This document shows, in pieces, positions 1 to 14,171 of a stretch of DNA of 64,000 nt. The DNA lies in assembly GCA_963706325.1 (NCBI GenBank), contig CAVPLT010000004.1, positions 128,001 to 192,000 on the forward strand. The letters are read 5' to 3'. This DNA comes from an uncultured Nitrospiraceae bacterium. GTDB lineage: Bacteria; Nitrospirota; Nitrospiria; Nitrospirales; Nitrospiraceae. The translations under genes were made by a program, and so were the position numbers. Every line of letters starts with the position of its first letter. Within the stretch, counting starts at the first letter, position 1. The notes under the pieces were generated by a model, which saw nothing but the letters and a program-made list of their open reading frames with translations, ran no database searches and was not told where the DNA came from.

Positions 1-9
1 CTCGTTTCG

Positions 10-38
10 TTGTACCGGAAGAATTGCGCCAGTATAAT
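10..38 (+). promoter_or_regulatory. sigma70-like promoter for the glnE-like gene (probably leaderless mRNA)
   Basis: TTGTAC (10-15), 17-nt spacer, TATAAT (33-38). ATG lies 8 nt further on with no Shine-Dalgarno. Confidence 0.55.
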
Positions 39-46
39 GCGGCCCC

Positions 47-3866
<3,820 letters not shown>

Positions 3867-4177
3867 ACCCAATCCTCCTTCTGGTGATGAGCGTCGAGCC
3901 CCAATGTACAGTTGTGTAAAGCTGGTAAATCAGCTTTGACGTGTTACCGCAGGGGCTACCTGCAGTAAACTCGATGCATAGATAGCGCTAGCACGAGGCA
4001 AGTCAATGGATGGAACTATAAAATTATTTCAGGGCGAGATGCAATGGGATAATAATTCGCAAACGCTTGATTCTATACGATATGGATCTTCATCGCTGTC
4101 TGTCATGAAGAAAAAACGACCGGACATCGATACCTGCAGCCTGTTCGACGCCTCCAATGCCAGAGGTGTTTGGCATG

Positions 4178-5731
4178 TTATGGGGCGAATGGCTGCGTGA
4201 TTCCGGCAACATACCTCAAGATTCGGTGCGTCATCTGCTGGGCAACCTCGCTGGACCGCGCGGTTCGCAATTGTGGAGCATTGTAGTCGTCGAGGCCCCA
4301 ACTCCATTGAATGGTCCCCGTTGCAAACACACGAGCTCCGCTGAGCGTTTCATAAACAGTCATGTCCCCGTACAGGGTTCTTCCGTCGCCTGGATAGGGA
4401 GAATGGGCAAGGACGGTCAAGCCGGCTGGTCCGTCGGGAAACGCCCGGTCAATTTCGTAGCCGAGTAGGCCTGGTAGACGATGGTCCGCCGGAAACTTTA
4501 TGCCGGCGAAGAGGGGGTGGGTTGGCAGGGTCACGAGGACATCCCCATCCACTGGCACCGTCTCATACATAACGCCTATCAGCCTATGTTCCGGTCGGTT
4601 CACCGGTTGGTCGCGCCATTGCACCGTGATCAAATGATCATTTGATGCATCCCTATCCAGAGCATAGGGATCCTCCGTCAGAGCCATCTCTTTGTACGCA
4701 ACCATGGTTCGGTTCGGCTCGCCGGTGACTGAGCTGGGCTCCAGCCGGATCTGCCAGTAGCAGGTATTGGCGGAGAAGAAGCCGAGCCCAACCCCCTGGT
4801 CACGAGCCTCTTCCACATGGCGCCGCATAGCATGAGACCAGTATTCATCGTGGCCCACCGACAGCCAGGCCTTGTGCCCCTTCCAGAAATCCGCGCGGCT
4901 ATGTGTGTCGATGTCGGTACTGTAAGTGACGTCGTAGCCATTGCGCTCAAGCCAACGCACCATATTGTATTCCCAGCCTGCCGTTGAGAGTGAGCGAGTG
5001 GGATGAATCGACATTGCGGTTAGAAACTCCCCGGCGCCGTTGCCGCTACCCCCGCGGGGATGTTGACTGTGGCCGTAAGGGCGGTTGAATGACACCATTC
5101 GAGCCCATTGTTCATTGAGGCTGTTGGAAGGGTACGTCGATTTGCCCCCCCAGTTGTTGTAGGCCTGGAACGTTGTGACGCTGGATTGAAAGAGAAAATC
5201 GGAACTCCGTTCGTCTTCACGGACGACGAAGATAATGTAGCTCTGTTTGCCGCTGGTCGTCCCAGTCAACTTGGCCAGATAGACGCCACTCAACCATTCA
5301 TGCGGATCGTCTGTCCGCGTGGACAATATATGGGACACGTGCCAATTGCACTCGATGAGTCCGGTCTCCGGGTCTGGTGCCGGCATGGGTTGCTGCACCC
5401 CGGGCAGGTCTATGCCCCCCTGTACTAATCGTGCACCGGTGCCTCCGTACCAGCCCATACGGTACAGCGCGATCGTCACATTCGGGTCGCTGCTGTGGAT
5501 GTACAGGTGAAGTGCATCGCCGCGCTGAATGCTAGTAGCCGAGGCATACCCCTCGACCTCGTGGTCGGCCGGGTCGGTGAGGACCCAGTCGGAGGTTCCC
5601 CGTCGCGCATTTTCCAGGGCGACCGGAGAGGCGGCTTGTGCTGGGAGGGGGTACAGAGCTGTGATGGAGGCGGTCAGTATCCAGACCGCCCCAAGGATGG
5701 AGCGAGCCGTTTTACATCCGAAGCCGGTCAA
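4178..5731 (-). CDS. secreted N,N-dimethylformamidase beta-subunit-like domain protein
   Basis: Signal-like segment ending AQA-A; ENARRG, EGYASATS, TFQAYNNWGGKS, VSFNRPY, SVGHDEYWS, FATGTIQWSWGLD. Start uncertain (TTG at 5731 chosen; ORF open to 5818). Confidence 0.75.
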   Translation of the reverse strand: MTGFGCKTARSILGAVWILTASITALYPLPAQAASPVALENARRGTSDWVLTDPADHEVEGYASATSIQRGDALHLYIHSSDPNVTIALYRMGWYGGTGARLVQGGIDLPGVQQPMPAPDPETGLIECNWHVSHILSTRTDDPHEWLSGVYLAKLTGTTSGKQSYIIFVVREDERSSDFLFQSSVTTFQAYNNWGGKSTYPSNSLNEQWARMVSFNRPYGHSQHPRGGSGNGAGEFLTAMSIHPTRSLSTAGWEYNMVRWLERNGYDVTYSTDIDTHSRADFWKGHKAWLSVGHDEYWSHAMRRHVEEARDQGVGLGFFSANTCYWQIRLEPSSVTGEPNRTMVAYKEMALTEDPYALDRDASNDHLITVQWRDQPVNRPEHRLIGVMYETVPVDGDVLVTLPTHPLFAGIKFPADHRLPGLLGYEIDRAFPDGPAGLTVLAHSPYPGDGRTLYGDMTVYETLSGARVFATGTIQWSWGLDDYNAPQLRTARSSEVAQQMTHRILRYVAGITQPFAP

Positions 5732-6722
5732 AGTCCTTGACGTCTTTCTTGATGTACTCGCGAAGCCGCTTGATGATACGCGCTTCCAGCTGTCGCGTGC
5801 GTTCCTTGGTGATGCCATATTTGGCGCCCATATCCTCGAGTGTCAATGGGGTTTCAGAGAGAATGCGGTTGCGCAGAATATCTTCCTCGCGCTCGTCTAG
5901 GGTTTTCGTGAATTCTGCCAGTTTCCGTCGAAATAGCGCCTTAAGTTGCGTGTCAGCCAATTTCTCGTCCGCTGGCTGCTCATGAGCAGACAGCACGTCC
6001 ATCAACGTGCCGTCATTTTCTTGTCCGATCGGCTGATCGAGCGAGAGTTCCCAGCTACCCAGACGCTGGTCCATCTCAATCACGTCGCGCTCACGGACGT
6101 TCAGGCGGTCAGCCAAGAGCTTGCTGTCCGGTGCGAAGCCCTCACGTTCAAGCTTGGCTTTTTCTTTTTTTAAATTATAGAAGAGCTTCCGTTGGTCTTG
6201 TGTGGTGCCTATTTTAATCAAGCGGTAGGTGTTCAGCAGATACCGGAGAATATAGGCTCTCGCCCACCATGCGGCATAGGCATAAAATCGAACGTTTTTC
6301 GTGGGGTCGAACTTTTTAATCGCCTGCAGGAGTCCAATGTTGCCCTCCTGGATCAAGTCCATATGGTCGGCCCCGGTGTGGAGATATTCGGAGGCGATGG
6401 AGATGGACACCCGCAGGTTGGCGAGAATGAGCTTCATGGCCGCATCGCGACTGCCGCGCTGCTGATATTCCTCGAAGAGGCGAAGCTCCTCTTCCTTGGT
6501 GAGATAAGGATACCGCCGGATTTCCGTCAGGTATTGTTGGATTGTGGTGACAGGAACGAGAGAGGTGGAGAGCGGAGCTTCCACAGGTTCTTTTGACGCC
6601 TGCTGATCGGCCGCATCGTGCGCTTCCGTCACCTCTTCGTCAGTCGGCTCGAAGTGGTCGGGCTCGACGGCTTCTTCGGCTAGGTCTTCGTCGGATTCGT
6701 GGGTCTGCTTGCGCTCTGCCAT
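5712..6722 (-). CDS. rpoH: RNA polymerase sigma factor, RpoH/sigma-32-like
   Basis: Region 2 DLIQEGNIGLLQAIKKFDP, RpoH-box-like QRKLFYNLK, region 4 TLEDMGAKYGITKERTRQLE. Confidence 0.85.
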   Translation of the reverse strand: MAERKQTHESDEDLAEEAVEPDHFEPTDEEVTEAHDAADQQASKEPVEAPLSTSLVPVTTIQQYLTEIRRYPYLTKEEELRLFEEYQQRGSRDAAMKLILANLRVSISIASEYLHTGADHMDLIQEGNIGLLQAIKKFDPTKNVRFYAYAAWWARAYILRYLLNTYRLIKIGTTQDQRKLFYNLKKEKAKLEREGFAPDSKLLADRLNVRERDVIEMDQRLGSWELSLDQPIGQENDGTLMDVLSAHEQPADEKLADTQLKALFRRKLAEFTKTLDEREEDILRNRILSETPLTLEDMGAKYGITKERTRQLEARIIKRLREYIKKDVKDFDRLRM

Positions 6723-6829
6723 GAAAATCGAAACCGTGGGTTGCCAAGGTGTGACTATACCAGATGTCAGGTACCGGACAACACGAGACTTGTCGCGACG
6801 ACGTGCGATCCCTTGCGTCTCTGAAATCC

Positions 6830-6844
6830 TGGCTCGTATATTGC
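6830..6844 (+). promoter_or_regulatory. sigma-54 (-24/-12) promoter for the NarK-type transporter
   Basis: TGGCTCGTATATTGC: exact GG-N10-GC spacing, about 75 nt upstream of the ATG at 6918. Confidence 0.6.
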
Positions 6845-6917
6845 GCCTGGTGCGCGAAATCCTGTCGGCATCGCGTGGAGCTTAAACTCCGTCGCATAAG
6901 GTCATAGAAGGTCGTAG

Positions 6918-8147
6918 ATGGCTGTGAACAAGCTAGGTGGAGCGCTCCGCATGGGACATTGGCCGACGCTGCTCGGCGCCTGGCTGCACCTCACTGTGAG
7001 TTTCATGGTGTGGCTGCTGTTCGGGGCATTGGCCGTCGCCATCGGAGAGGAACTTCAGCTCTCGGCGACCGAACGGAGTGTGTTGGTGGCGCTGCCCTTG
7101 CTGGGCGGCGCACTGCTGCGGATCATAGCCGGATGGGCCTGCGATTGGTATGGCGCGAAGCGGACCGGCCTTCTGGTGCTGGGGCTCCAGCTGATCGCGG
7201 TCTCGTGGGCGGTCGTCGGCGGAAACAGTTATGGCGAAGTGCTCGGCATCGGTGTTTTGCTCGGCGCCGGGGGAGCGAGCTTTGCGGTCGCCATGCCGGT
7301 GGCCAGTCGGGCTTACCCCACGGCGCATCAGGGCCTGGTCTTGGGATTGGTCGCCTCTGGCAATATCGGGACAGTCTTAATCCTCTTCTTGGCTCCCCGA
7401 TGGGAATCTGTCCTGGGGTGGCATGGGGCCTGTGGGCTCATGCTTCCCCCTCTGCTGCTCACTATCGCTTTATTCGCCTCAGTAGTGCGTCACGAGCCTC
7501 TTGCTCGCTCAATTCCCGGTGGCGCCTGGTGGCGGGCGGCGATAGAGATGATGCGTATTCCTTCGGTGTATTGGCTTTGCCTGATGTACGGCATTACGTT
7601 CGGCGGCTTTGTCGGACTGACGAGTTTTCTTCCCCTGCTCCTGCATGATCACTATGGCAGCGATCCCATTGTCGGTGGTTCCATCGCGGCGCTCTGTGGA
7701 TTGATGGGGAGCTTGATTCGTCCGTTGGGCGGATATGTGGCCGACCGGCGGGGTGGGCTGCGTGTGCTGGTGGCGGTGTTCGCAGTCCTCGCCCTGATGA
7801 GCACGCTTACGGCGCTGCTTCCTAGCCTGGCATGGGCCATTGGATTGTTTGCGGGGACGATTGCCGTGATGGGGTTCGGCAACGGGATCATCTTTCAGAT
7901 TGTCTCAGAATGGTTTCCCGCGGATATTGGTCTGGCGTCTGGCTTGGTGGGAGCGGCAGGCGGGGTTGGAGGGTTTCTCGTTCCTATCTGGCTCGGGTTG
8001 CTGCGCGAAAGCACGGGGACCTTCGTGCCTGGGTTTATCGGGCTCGCGCTGATCAGTATCGCCGCGGCGCTATCGGTGAATCCGGCACTGCGCTGGCGGC
8101 TGCGCAGGATGGCGCAGGCGCCGGACGTCGGCGGCTTTTCCCGTTGA
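6918..8147 (+). CDS. narK: MFS nitrate/nitrite transporter (NarK/NasA family)
   Basis: About 12 hydrophobic segments; GHWPTL..W.H...SFMVW, GALLRI, GASFAVAMP, GNIGT, RPLGGYVADRRGG, GFGNG..FQ, GAAGGVGGF. Confidence 0.85.
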   Translation: MAVNKLGGALRMGHWPTLLGAWLHLTVSFMVWLLFGALAVAIGEELQLSATERSVLVALPLLGGALLRIIAGWACDWYGAKRTGLLVLGLQLIAVSWAVVGGNSYGEVLGIGVLLGAGGASFAVAMPVASRAYPTAHQGLVLGLVASGNIGTVLILFLAPRWESVLGWHGACGLMLPPLLLTIALFASVVRHEPLARSIPGGAWWRAAIEMMRIPSVYWLCLMYGITFGGFVGLTSFLPLLLHDHYGSDPIVGGSIAALCGLMGSLIRPLGGYVADRRGGLRVLVAVFAVLALMSTLTALLPSLAWAIGLFAGTIAVMGFGNGIIFQIVSEWFPADIGLASGLVGAAGGVGGFLVPIWLGLLRESTGTFVPGFIGLALISIAAALSVNPALRWRLRRMAQAPDVGGFSR

Positions 8148-8250
8148 CAGGTGCGACGGGAAAAGGGTTAGCTGGGCGACTGAGGACAGACGCGAGAGTT
8201 GACCGTCGAGGTCGATTATCAAGAGACAAGCGAGGCAAGATTGAGGAGCT

Positions 8251-9459
8251 ATGGCGACACCGTTTAATTCGATCGAAGACGCGATCAAGGATATTAAGAA
8301 AGGAAAGTTCATCATCCTCGTTGATGATGAGGATCGCGAAAACGAGGGTGATCTTGTCATGGCGGCAGGCAAAGTGACGCCGCACGCCATTAATTTTATG
8401 GCTAAACACGCGCGCGGCTTGATTTGCCTGGCACTCACTCCGGAACGTGTTGAGGAACTGCAGCTGTCGCCGCAGGCGGTGGAGAACACGGCGACGTTCG
8501 GGACTGCCTTCACCGTTTCCATCGATGCTCGCAAGGGAATCACGACAGGCATTTCCGCTGCCGATCGCGCCGCGACGATTCAGGTGGCGATCGACTCTCG
8601 CTCAAAACCGGTGGATCTTGCTCGACCCGGTCACATTTTTCCGCTCAAATCACAGGTCGGCGGGGTGCTTCGACGCGCGGGGCAGACCGAAGGGTCGGTG
8701 GATCTTGCCCGTTTAGCCGGGCTCTATCCCGCAGGCGTCATCTGCGAAATCATGAACGAGGATGGCACGATGGCTCGTGTCCCGGAGTTGACCAAGTTCG
8801 CCAAGCAGCACAAGTTAAAGATGGTGACGATCAAGTCGTTGATCGAACACCGCATGCATCGTGAAACATTCGTGCGGCGGGCTGCCAGCGCGTTCTTGCC
8901 CACGATGTTCGGCGACTTCGAGGCCATCGCGTTCGAAAGTGAAATCGACGGGGCGACACACATTGCATTGCTGAAGGGGCAGGTGGATGCCCCCACACCG
9001 ATGCTTGTCCGGGTCCATTCCGGCTGTCTCACGGCGGATGTGTTGGGGTCGTTACGCTGCGATTGCCGCGAGCAACTCCACCGCGCGATGGAGATCATTC
9101 AGAAAGACGGTCGCGGCGTCCTGCTTTATCTCAATCAAGAGGGACGCGGGATTGGCCTGCTGAATAAGATCAGAGCCTATGGGTTGCAGGACCAGGGGAG
9201 CGACACTGTCGAAGCGAATCTGCAGCTCGGCTTCAAGGCCGATCTGCGCGATTATGGCGTCGGCGCGCAAATCCTGGTGCAACTCGGGCTGCATCGGATT
9301 CGCTTGATTACCAACAATCCGCGAAAGATCGTCGGTATTGAGGGATACGGATTGAAAGTTGTCGAACGGGTGCCGATCGAGATCGCCCCCCGCGCCGACA
9401 ATGAAAGATATCTCCGCACGAAGAAGTCCAAGCTCGGTCATCTGCTAAAAAAAGTCTAG
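8251..9459 (+). CDS. ribBA: bifunctional 3,4-dihydroxy-2-butanone-4-phosphate synthase / GTP cyclohydrolase II
   Basis: [50 protein letters not shown]. Confidence 0.98.
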   Translation: MATPFNSIEDAIKDIKKGKFIILVDDEDRENEGDLVMAAGKVTPHAINFMAKHARGLICLALTPERVEELQLSPQAVENTATFGTAFTVSIDARKGITTGISAADRAATIQVAIDSRSKPVDLARPGHIFPLKSQVGGVLRRAGQTEGSVDLARLAGLYPAGVICEIMNEDGTMARVPELTKFAKQHKLKMVTIKSLIEHRMHRETFVRRAASAFLPTMFGDFEAIAFESEIDGATHIALLKGQVDAPTPMLVRVHSGCLTADVLGSLRCDCREQLHRAMEIIQKDGRGVLLYLNQEGRGIGLLNKIRAYGLQDQGSDTVEANLQLGFKADLRDYGVGAQILVQLGLHRIRLITNNPRKIVGIEGYGLKVVERVPIEIAPRADNERYLRTKKSKLGHLLKKV

Positions 9460-9618
9460 CCACGCCCATTCGGGTCACCGTTGTATCGCCATTCCCGAGC
9501 GGATCGTGGTTCGAAGCGACCGGAAACGTGTAGCCATTTGAGGCCTATTCCAGGTATGATCTCCGTTCTTTCTTCGACACACACAATTCATGAGACGTCC
9601 AAACCGTCACGCAATGTA

Positions 9619-10164
9619 ATGAAGCTCCGCAAAGGGTCCCATGACGCGACGGGTCTGACCTTCGGCATTGTTGCGAGCAAATTCAATAAGTTTGTAACCA
9701 GCCGGTTGCTGGCGGAATGTGTAAAGGCGCTGACCAGGGCCGGAGCGAGAGATGAGTCCATCGAGGTCGTGCGGGTGCCGGGCGCGTTTGAAATTCCGTT
9801 GGTGGCCCGCCAGCTCGCCCGATGCGGCCGATTTGATGCGGTGATCTGTCTTGGCGCCGTCATTCGCGGTGATACGCCCCATTTTGAATACATCAGTACC
9901 GAAGTCAGCCGAGGGATCATGCAGGCTTCCATGGAGGCCAATGTGCCGGTGGTGTTCGGCGTCTTGACGACCGAGACCGTGGCCCAGGCGATCGAGCGCG
10001 CGGATCCAATGAAAATGAATCGCGGGGCTGATGCAGCGAAAACGGCGGTCGAAATGGTGAATGTCATGCGGCTGCTTGGTAAAGAAGTGAGCGGGGAGGC
10101 GTCAACATCAACGGCTACTCCTCCGCGACGTGCCACGCGAACCGCCGCGAGGCAAAAGCGCTGA
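9619..10164 (+). CDS. ribH: 6,7-dimethyl-8-ribityllumazine synthase with basic C-terminal extension
   Basis: [28 protein letters not shown]. Start moved to MKLRKG at 9619. Confidence 0.97.
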   Translation: MKLRKGSHDATGLTFGIVASKFNKFVTSRLLAECVKALTRAGARDESIEVVRVPGAFEIPLVARQLARCGRFDAVICLGAVIRGDTPHFEYISTEVSRGIMQASMEANVPVVFGVLTTETVAQAIERADPMKMNRGADAAKTAVEMVNVMRLLGKEVSGEASTSTATPPRRATRTAARQKR

Positions 10165-10177
10165 CCGGCGCTGCACT

Positions 10178-10651
10178 ATGGCCTCCCGACATCAAGCCCG
10201 TGAACGGGCGGTACAGGTTCTCTTTCAATACGACATTCATGGCCAGGCGGGCCCGTGGCTGGACGATTTCTGGATCCAGTATCCCCTTGCCGAGGAGTTA
10301 CGGGTCTTTGCGGAACGACTGGTCGAGGGCGTCCGGACCCATAGAAAAGAATTGGACGCACTGATCAGTAGTTATGCGACCAACTGGAAAATCGGCCGTA
10401 TGCCGATCATCGACCGCAATATCTTGCGTATGGGCTGTTTTGAGTTGCTGCACCTACCCGAGGTGCCTGCCAAGGTCACGTTGAATGAGTCGATCGAGCT
10501 GGCCAAAAGTTTCGGCGATGAGGAGGCTTCTAAGTTCGTGAATGGGATTCTTGATAAGGTGCTCAGTTCTGATACCCGTCTGGAACGGAAGCGCGCCTTT
10601 CCCGAACTGCCGGTGGTGGGGAATGACCGCAACGTGAAGGGTGACGCGTGA
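10178..10651 (+). CDS. nusB: transcription antitermination factor NusB
   Basis: [39 protein letters not shown]; follows ribH. Confidence 0.97.
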   Translation: MASRHQARERAVQVLFQYDIHGQAGPWLDDFWIQYPLAEELRVFAERLVEGVRTHRKELDALISSYATNWKIGRMPIIDRNILRMGCFELLHLPEVPAKVTLNESIELAKSFGDEEASKFVNGILDKVLSSDTRLERKRAFPELPVVGNDRNVKGDA

Positions 10652-10712
10652 AGACTTCTGAGGGATGGCTCGTGTGTGCGTCCTCACGAAGTAGGAACGA
10701 CGAGAAACTACG

Positions 10713-12047
10713 ATGATTGATCGCTATACCCGTCCCAGGATGAGTGCCATTTGGGACATTCAGCACAAGTACGAAATCTGGTTGGAAGTGGAGCTGCAAG
10801 CCTGTGCTGCCTTCGAGCGCGAAGGGCAAATTCCCCGTGGAACGAGCGCCCGCATCCGCAAGAAGGCCATCATCGATGTGGCGCGCATTGCAGAGATTGA
10901 AAAGGTCACAAAGCACGATGTCATCGCCTTTCTGGAATCGCTCATGGACTCCGTGGGGCCGGAGCATCGCTTCCTCCACATGGGGTTGACCTCCTCCGAC
11001 ATTGTCGATACCTCGCTGGCGGTGCAAATGACCGAAGCGCTGGATCTGATCCTCGAAGATCTCGACGAGTTGATCGTCGTCTTGAAGCAGCGTGCGCTTG
11101 AGCATCGCCATACGGTGATGGTGGGACGCTCGCACGGCATCCACGGCGAGCCAGTGTCGTTCGGGTTCAAGTTGGCGATCTGGTATGAGGAAGCTTGCCG
11201 GCATCGGACCAGGCTCCAAGCGGCTCGAAAAGATATCGCGGTGGGAAAACTGTCGGGAGCGATGGGAACCTTCGCGCATCAAGGTCCGGACATCGAAGAG
11301 TATGTCTGCGTCAAGATGGGGCTGGCGTCGGACCCGGTCTCAAATCAAATCGTGCAACGCGACAGGCATGCGGCCTATGCCTCGGCCTTGGCGCTGCTGG
11401 CGGCCAGCATCGAAAAAATCGCCACGGAGATTCGCCACCTGCAGCGGACGGAAGTGTTGGAGGTAGAGGAATACTTTTCCGAGGGACAGAAGGGCTCATC
11501 GGCCATGCCCCATAAACGGAATCCGATCGCCTCGGAAAACCTCTGCGGCTTGGCACGCTTGGTACGCGGCAACAGTCTGGCGGCGATGGAAAATGTGGCC
11601 CTCTGGCACGAGCGTGATATCAGCCACTCCTCGGTGGAGCGGGTGATCATGCCGGACAGCACCATTCTGGTCGATTACATGCTGGCCCGTGTGACCGATG
11701 TGGTGAAAAATCTGATCGTCTATCCCGAGCGCATGAAGCGAAATATGGAACTGACCGGGGGGCTGGTGTTCTCTCAGCGGCTGCTGCTGGCGCTCATCGA
11801 GAAGGGGGCGCAGCGGAAAGAGTCCTACGAGGCGGTCCAACGCAACGCCATGACGGCTTGGAAAGGCGGGATCGGGTTCCGGGAACTGGTCAGCCAGGAC
11901 GCGTTCATTACGACCCATTTGAAGCCCAGCGAGATCACGGCATGTTTCGATCCCATGTATTATTTGCGGCACCTCGATCAAGTGTTCCGTCGCGTGTTCG
12001 GTGCCCGCGCGGTGACCTCGTCGCGGCGCAAAAGGAGGCGGGTATGA
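10713..12047 (+). CDS. purB: adenylosuccinate lyase
   Basis: MIDRY, HDVIAF, GRSHGIH, SSAMPHKRNP, LWHERDISHSS. Confidence 0.98.
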   Translation: MIDRYTRPRMSAIWDIQHKYEIWLEVELQACAAFEREGQIPRGTSARIRKKAIIDVARIAEIEKVTKHDVIAFLESLMDSVGPEHRFLHMGLTSSDIVDTSLAVQMTEALDLILEDLDELIVVLKQRALEHRHTVMVGRSHGIHGEPVSFGFKLAIWYEEACRHRTRLQAARKDIAVGKLSGAMGTFAHQGPDIEEYVCVKMGLASDPVSNQIVQRDRHAAYASALALLAASIEKIATEIRHLQRTEVLEVEEYFSEGQKGSSAMPHKRNPIASENLCGLARLVRGNSLAAMENVALWHERDISHSSVERVIMPDSTILVDYMLARVTDVVKNLIVYPERMKRNMELTGGLVFSQRLLLALIEKGAQRKESYEAVQRNAMTAWKGGIGFRELVSQDAFITTHLKPSEITACFDPMYYLRHLDQVFRRVFGARAVTSSRRKRRRV

Positions 12048-12838
12048 ACATGTGGGCGATGGGAAGAATGACGTTGATGGTGGCGCTGCTCCTGGCGGCG
12101 ACAGCTTGGCCGGTGCATGCGGCCGATCGGGACAAACTACTGACCGACCCTGGTGTGTACGGCACTTTCGCCGCATTTCAAATGGATCACGACTGGTGGG
12201 ATCTTCCGGGAGAGGCCCGTGTCATCGCGGTGTCGGAAGCGAAGAAGTTGATTGAGCAATTCTCGAGTCAGCTGGTTATCGAGTCCTATCTTCTCCGCGG
12301 GTTATCAGATCATGCCGATTTCATGTTCAGAGTGCACGCTCATGGCCTCTCGGATACCCAACAGTTTCTGACCTCACTCTTGGGAACTCGGTTTGGTCGG
12401 CATCTCGTCGCCACCAGCTATTTGCATGGCCTCACAAAAAAAGCCGCTTATGTGGCGGGGTTTTCCGACCAGATGAAGAAGGAGTTGCAATCGCCAAGCG
12501 AGGTGCCGACGAAACCTTATGCGATCGTGATTCCGATCAGAAAAGATGCGGATTGGTGGGCTCTGGACCAGGACACTCGTCGTACGCTTATGCAAGAACA
12601 TACTCAGGCCGCGTTGCCCTATATGAGCGCAGTGAAGCGAAAGCTCTATCACTCCAGCGGACTGGATGACTTTGATTTCATCACCTATTTTGAGACGGAA
12701 AAGCTGGAAGAATTTCACGCACTGATCCGCGCGCTCGAGCAGGTGAAGGAATATCGACACAATCGACGCTTCGGACATCCGACATTGCTGGGGACCGTGA
12801 GACCGCTCGACGACATTCTTGAATTGTTCGCGCGGTAG
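12044..12838 (+). CDS. cld: chlorite dismutase (periplasmic, long/clade-1 type)
   Basis: Signal peptide ending VHA-ADRDKLL; IVIPIRKDADWW, proximal His in MQEHT, catalytic Arg in VKRKLYHS, GLDDFDFITYFET, FGHPTLLG. Very like N. defluvii Cld as recalled. ATGA overlap with purB, AGGAGG RBS. Confidence 0.95.
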   Translation: MNMWAMGRMTLMVALLLAATAWPVHAADRDKLLTDPGVYGTFAAFQMDHDWWDLPGEARVIAVSEAKKLIEQFSSQLVIESYLLRGLSDHADFMFRVHAHGLSDTQQFLTSLLGTRFGRHLVATSYLHGLTKKAAYVAGFSDQMKKELQSPSEVPTKPYAIVIPIRKDADWWALDQDTRRTLMQEHTQAALPYMSAVKRKLYHSSGLDDFDFITYFETEKLEEFHALIRALEQVKEYRHNRRFGHPTLLGTVRPLDDILELFAR

Positions 12839-12851
12839 GGGAGGATAGAGA

Positions 12852-13565
12852 ATGACTGCCGAACCTACAGGCACCATGATTTACGAGGGGAAGGCCAAGA
12901 AGATTTTCACGACCGATCGGCCTGATCAGGTGTTGCAGTACTTCAAAGACGACGCGACGGCTTTCAATGCGCAGAAACGCGGCACCATTGTGGACAAGGG
13001 GATCGTCAACAACAAGGTGTCGGAACGGCTGTTCCGCTTGTTGGAGCAAGAGAATATTCCCACCCATTTTATCGACCGGGTGAGCGACCGAGAGATGCTC
13101 AGCAAAAGAGTGACGATTGTGCCGGTCGAGGTGGTAGTCCGGAATATTGTCGCGGGAAGTTTGGCCAAACGGCTGGGCTTAAAAGAAGGGGTAGTCATCG
13201 ATCCTGCAATCATCGAGTTCTATTACAAGGACGACGCATTGGGAGACCCGCTCGTGAATGACGATCACCTTCGCCTGCTGCATGTAGCGACGGCGGCCGT
13301 GTTACGGGAGATGCGTGAGCTGGGTCACAAGATCAATGCCGTGTTATTGCCGTTCTTCAAAGATCGACAGATGTTGCTGGTCGATTTCAAATTGGAGTTT
13401 GGCATCTTCCACAATCGACTCATCCTGGCGGATGAGATCTCTCCTGACACCTGCCGGTTTTGGGATCAGACCACCAATGAATCGATGGATAAAGATCGGT
13501 TCCGAAAAGATATGGGGAAGATCGAGGAGGCTTATCAAGAGGTGTTGAAGCGGGTGTGCGGGTAG
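12852..13565 (+). CDS. purC: SAICAR synthetase
   Basis: YEGKAK, FKDDATAFNA, EVVVRN..AGS, LVDFKLEFG, LADEISPDTCRFWD. Confidence 0.98.
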   Translation: MTAEPTGTMIYEGKAKKIFTTDRPDQVLQYFKDDATAFNAQKRGTIVDKGIVNNKVSERLFRLLEQENIPTHFIDRVSDREMLSKRVTIVPVEVVVRNIVAGSLAKRLGLKEGVVIDPAIIEFYYKDDALGDPLVNDDHLRLLHVATAAVLREMRELGHKINAVLLPFFKDRQMLLVDFKLEFGIFHNRLILADEISPDTCRFWDQTTNESMDKDRFRKDMGKIEEAYQEVLKRVCG

Positions 13566-13654
13566 GGAGAGTGAGGCGGACGTCTTTGCTGGCGCAACGC
13601 GTGGCCTTGAAAGCCCTCATTTGACGCGCGCAGGAGTCATCGGCTCCACTCTCC
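13566..13654. repeat. intergenic palindromic element, copy 1
   Basis: Terminal inverted repeat GGAGAGTG (13566-73) / CACTCTCC (13647-54) around a ~48-nt core similar to the one at 14187-14235. Confidence 0.6.
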
Positions 13655-13688
13655 GCTTGGTCATCCCCACTGGTTGGATAGGGTAATC

Positions 13689-13925
13689 ATGGGAAAAGTG
13701 AACCGGTTTCTGCAGTTATTCCTTAACTACGGCCTGGTGGCGGCGATTTTGGTGTGGGCCGCGACGGTGGCGTTGATGGCCTATCACCTCAAGGAGTCAC
13801 CCTGGCGTTGGGTCTTTATTCTGTTGTCGCTGGCAGGGCTGGGAACGATCGGCGTCATTTTTTGGATTCGCACGTACATCAACAGAGTATCCAAAGGGCA
13901 GCAGGAAGTGGGGAAGGCAGGATGA
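13689..13925 (+). CDS. small two-TM membrane protein of unknown function
   Basis: Two hydrophobic helices; its stop overlaps the purS start (ATGA). Confidence 0.8.
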   Translation: MGKVNRFLQLFLNYGLVAAILVWAATVALMAYHLKESPWRWVFILLSLAGLGTIGVIFWIRTYINRVSKGQQEVGKAG

Positions 13926-14161
13926 AAGTCAAAATTTATGTGACCCTGAAGCAGGGTATTCTCGATCCGCAGGGCAAGGCGATCGAGCATGCGCTGGACT
14001 CGCTCGGATTTAAGAACGCGACGAATCTGCGGGTGGGCAAGTATATGGAAGTGGATCTGAATGAAACGGACAAGGCTAAGGCCGACTCACAAGTGAAAGC
14101 CATGTGCGAGAAACTGCTGGCGAATACGGTGATAGAGGACTATCGGTACGAGTTGCAGTGA
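13922..14161 (+). CDS. purS: phosphoribosylformylglycinamidine synthase subunit PurS
   Basis: MKVKIYVTLKQGILDPQG, RVGKY, MCEKLLANTVIEDY. Confidence 0.97.
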   Translation: MKVKIYVTLKQGILDPQGKAIEHALDSLGFKNATNLRVGKYMEVDLNETDKAKADSQVKAMCEKLLANTVIEDYRYELQ

Positions 14162-14171
14162 GACGGATAAG

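Noticed and set aside
3867..4177. CIRCE (HrcA) operator upstream of groES
   Set aside because: No TTAGCACTC-N9-GAGTGCTAA on either strand; the palindromes present are unrelated.
8148..8250. FMN riboswitch upstream of ribBA
   Set aside because: The gap is only ~100 nt and lacks the conserved AGGGC.GGGTGAAATTCCC.ACCGGCGGT core.
11858..12043. Extended N-terminus for cld
   Set aside because: It lies inside purB. The ATG at 12044 has an AGGAGG RBS and gives a proper signal peptide.
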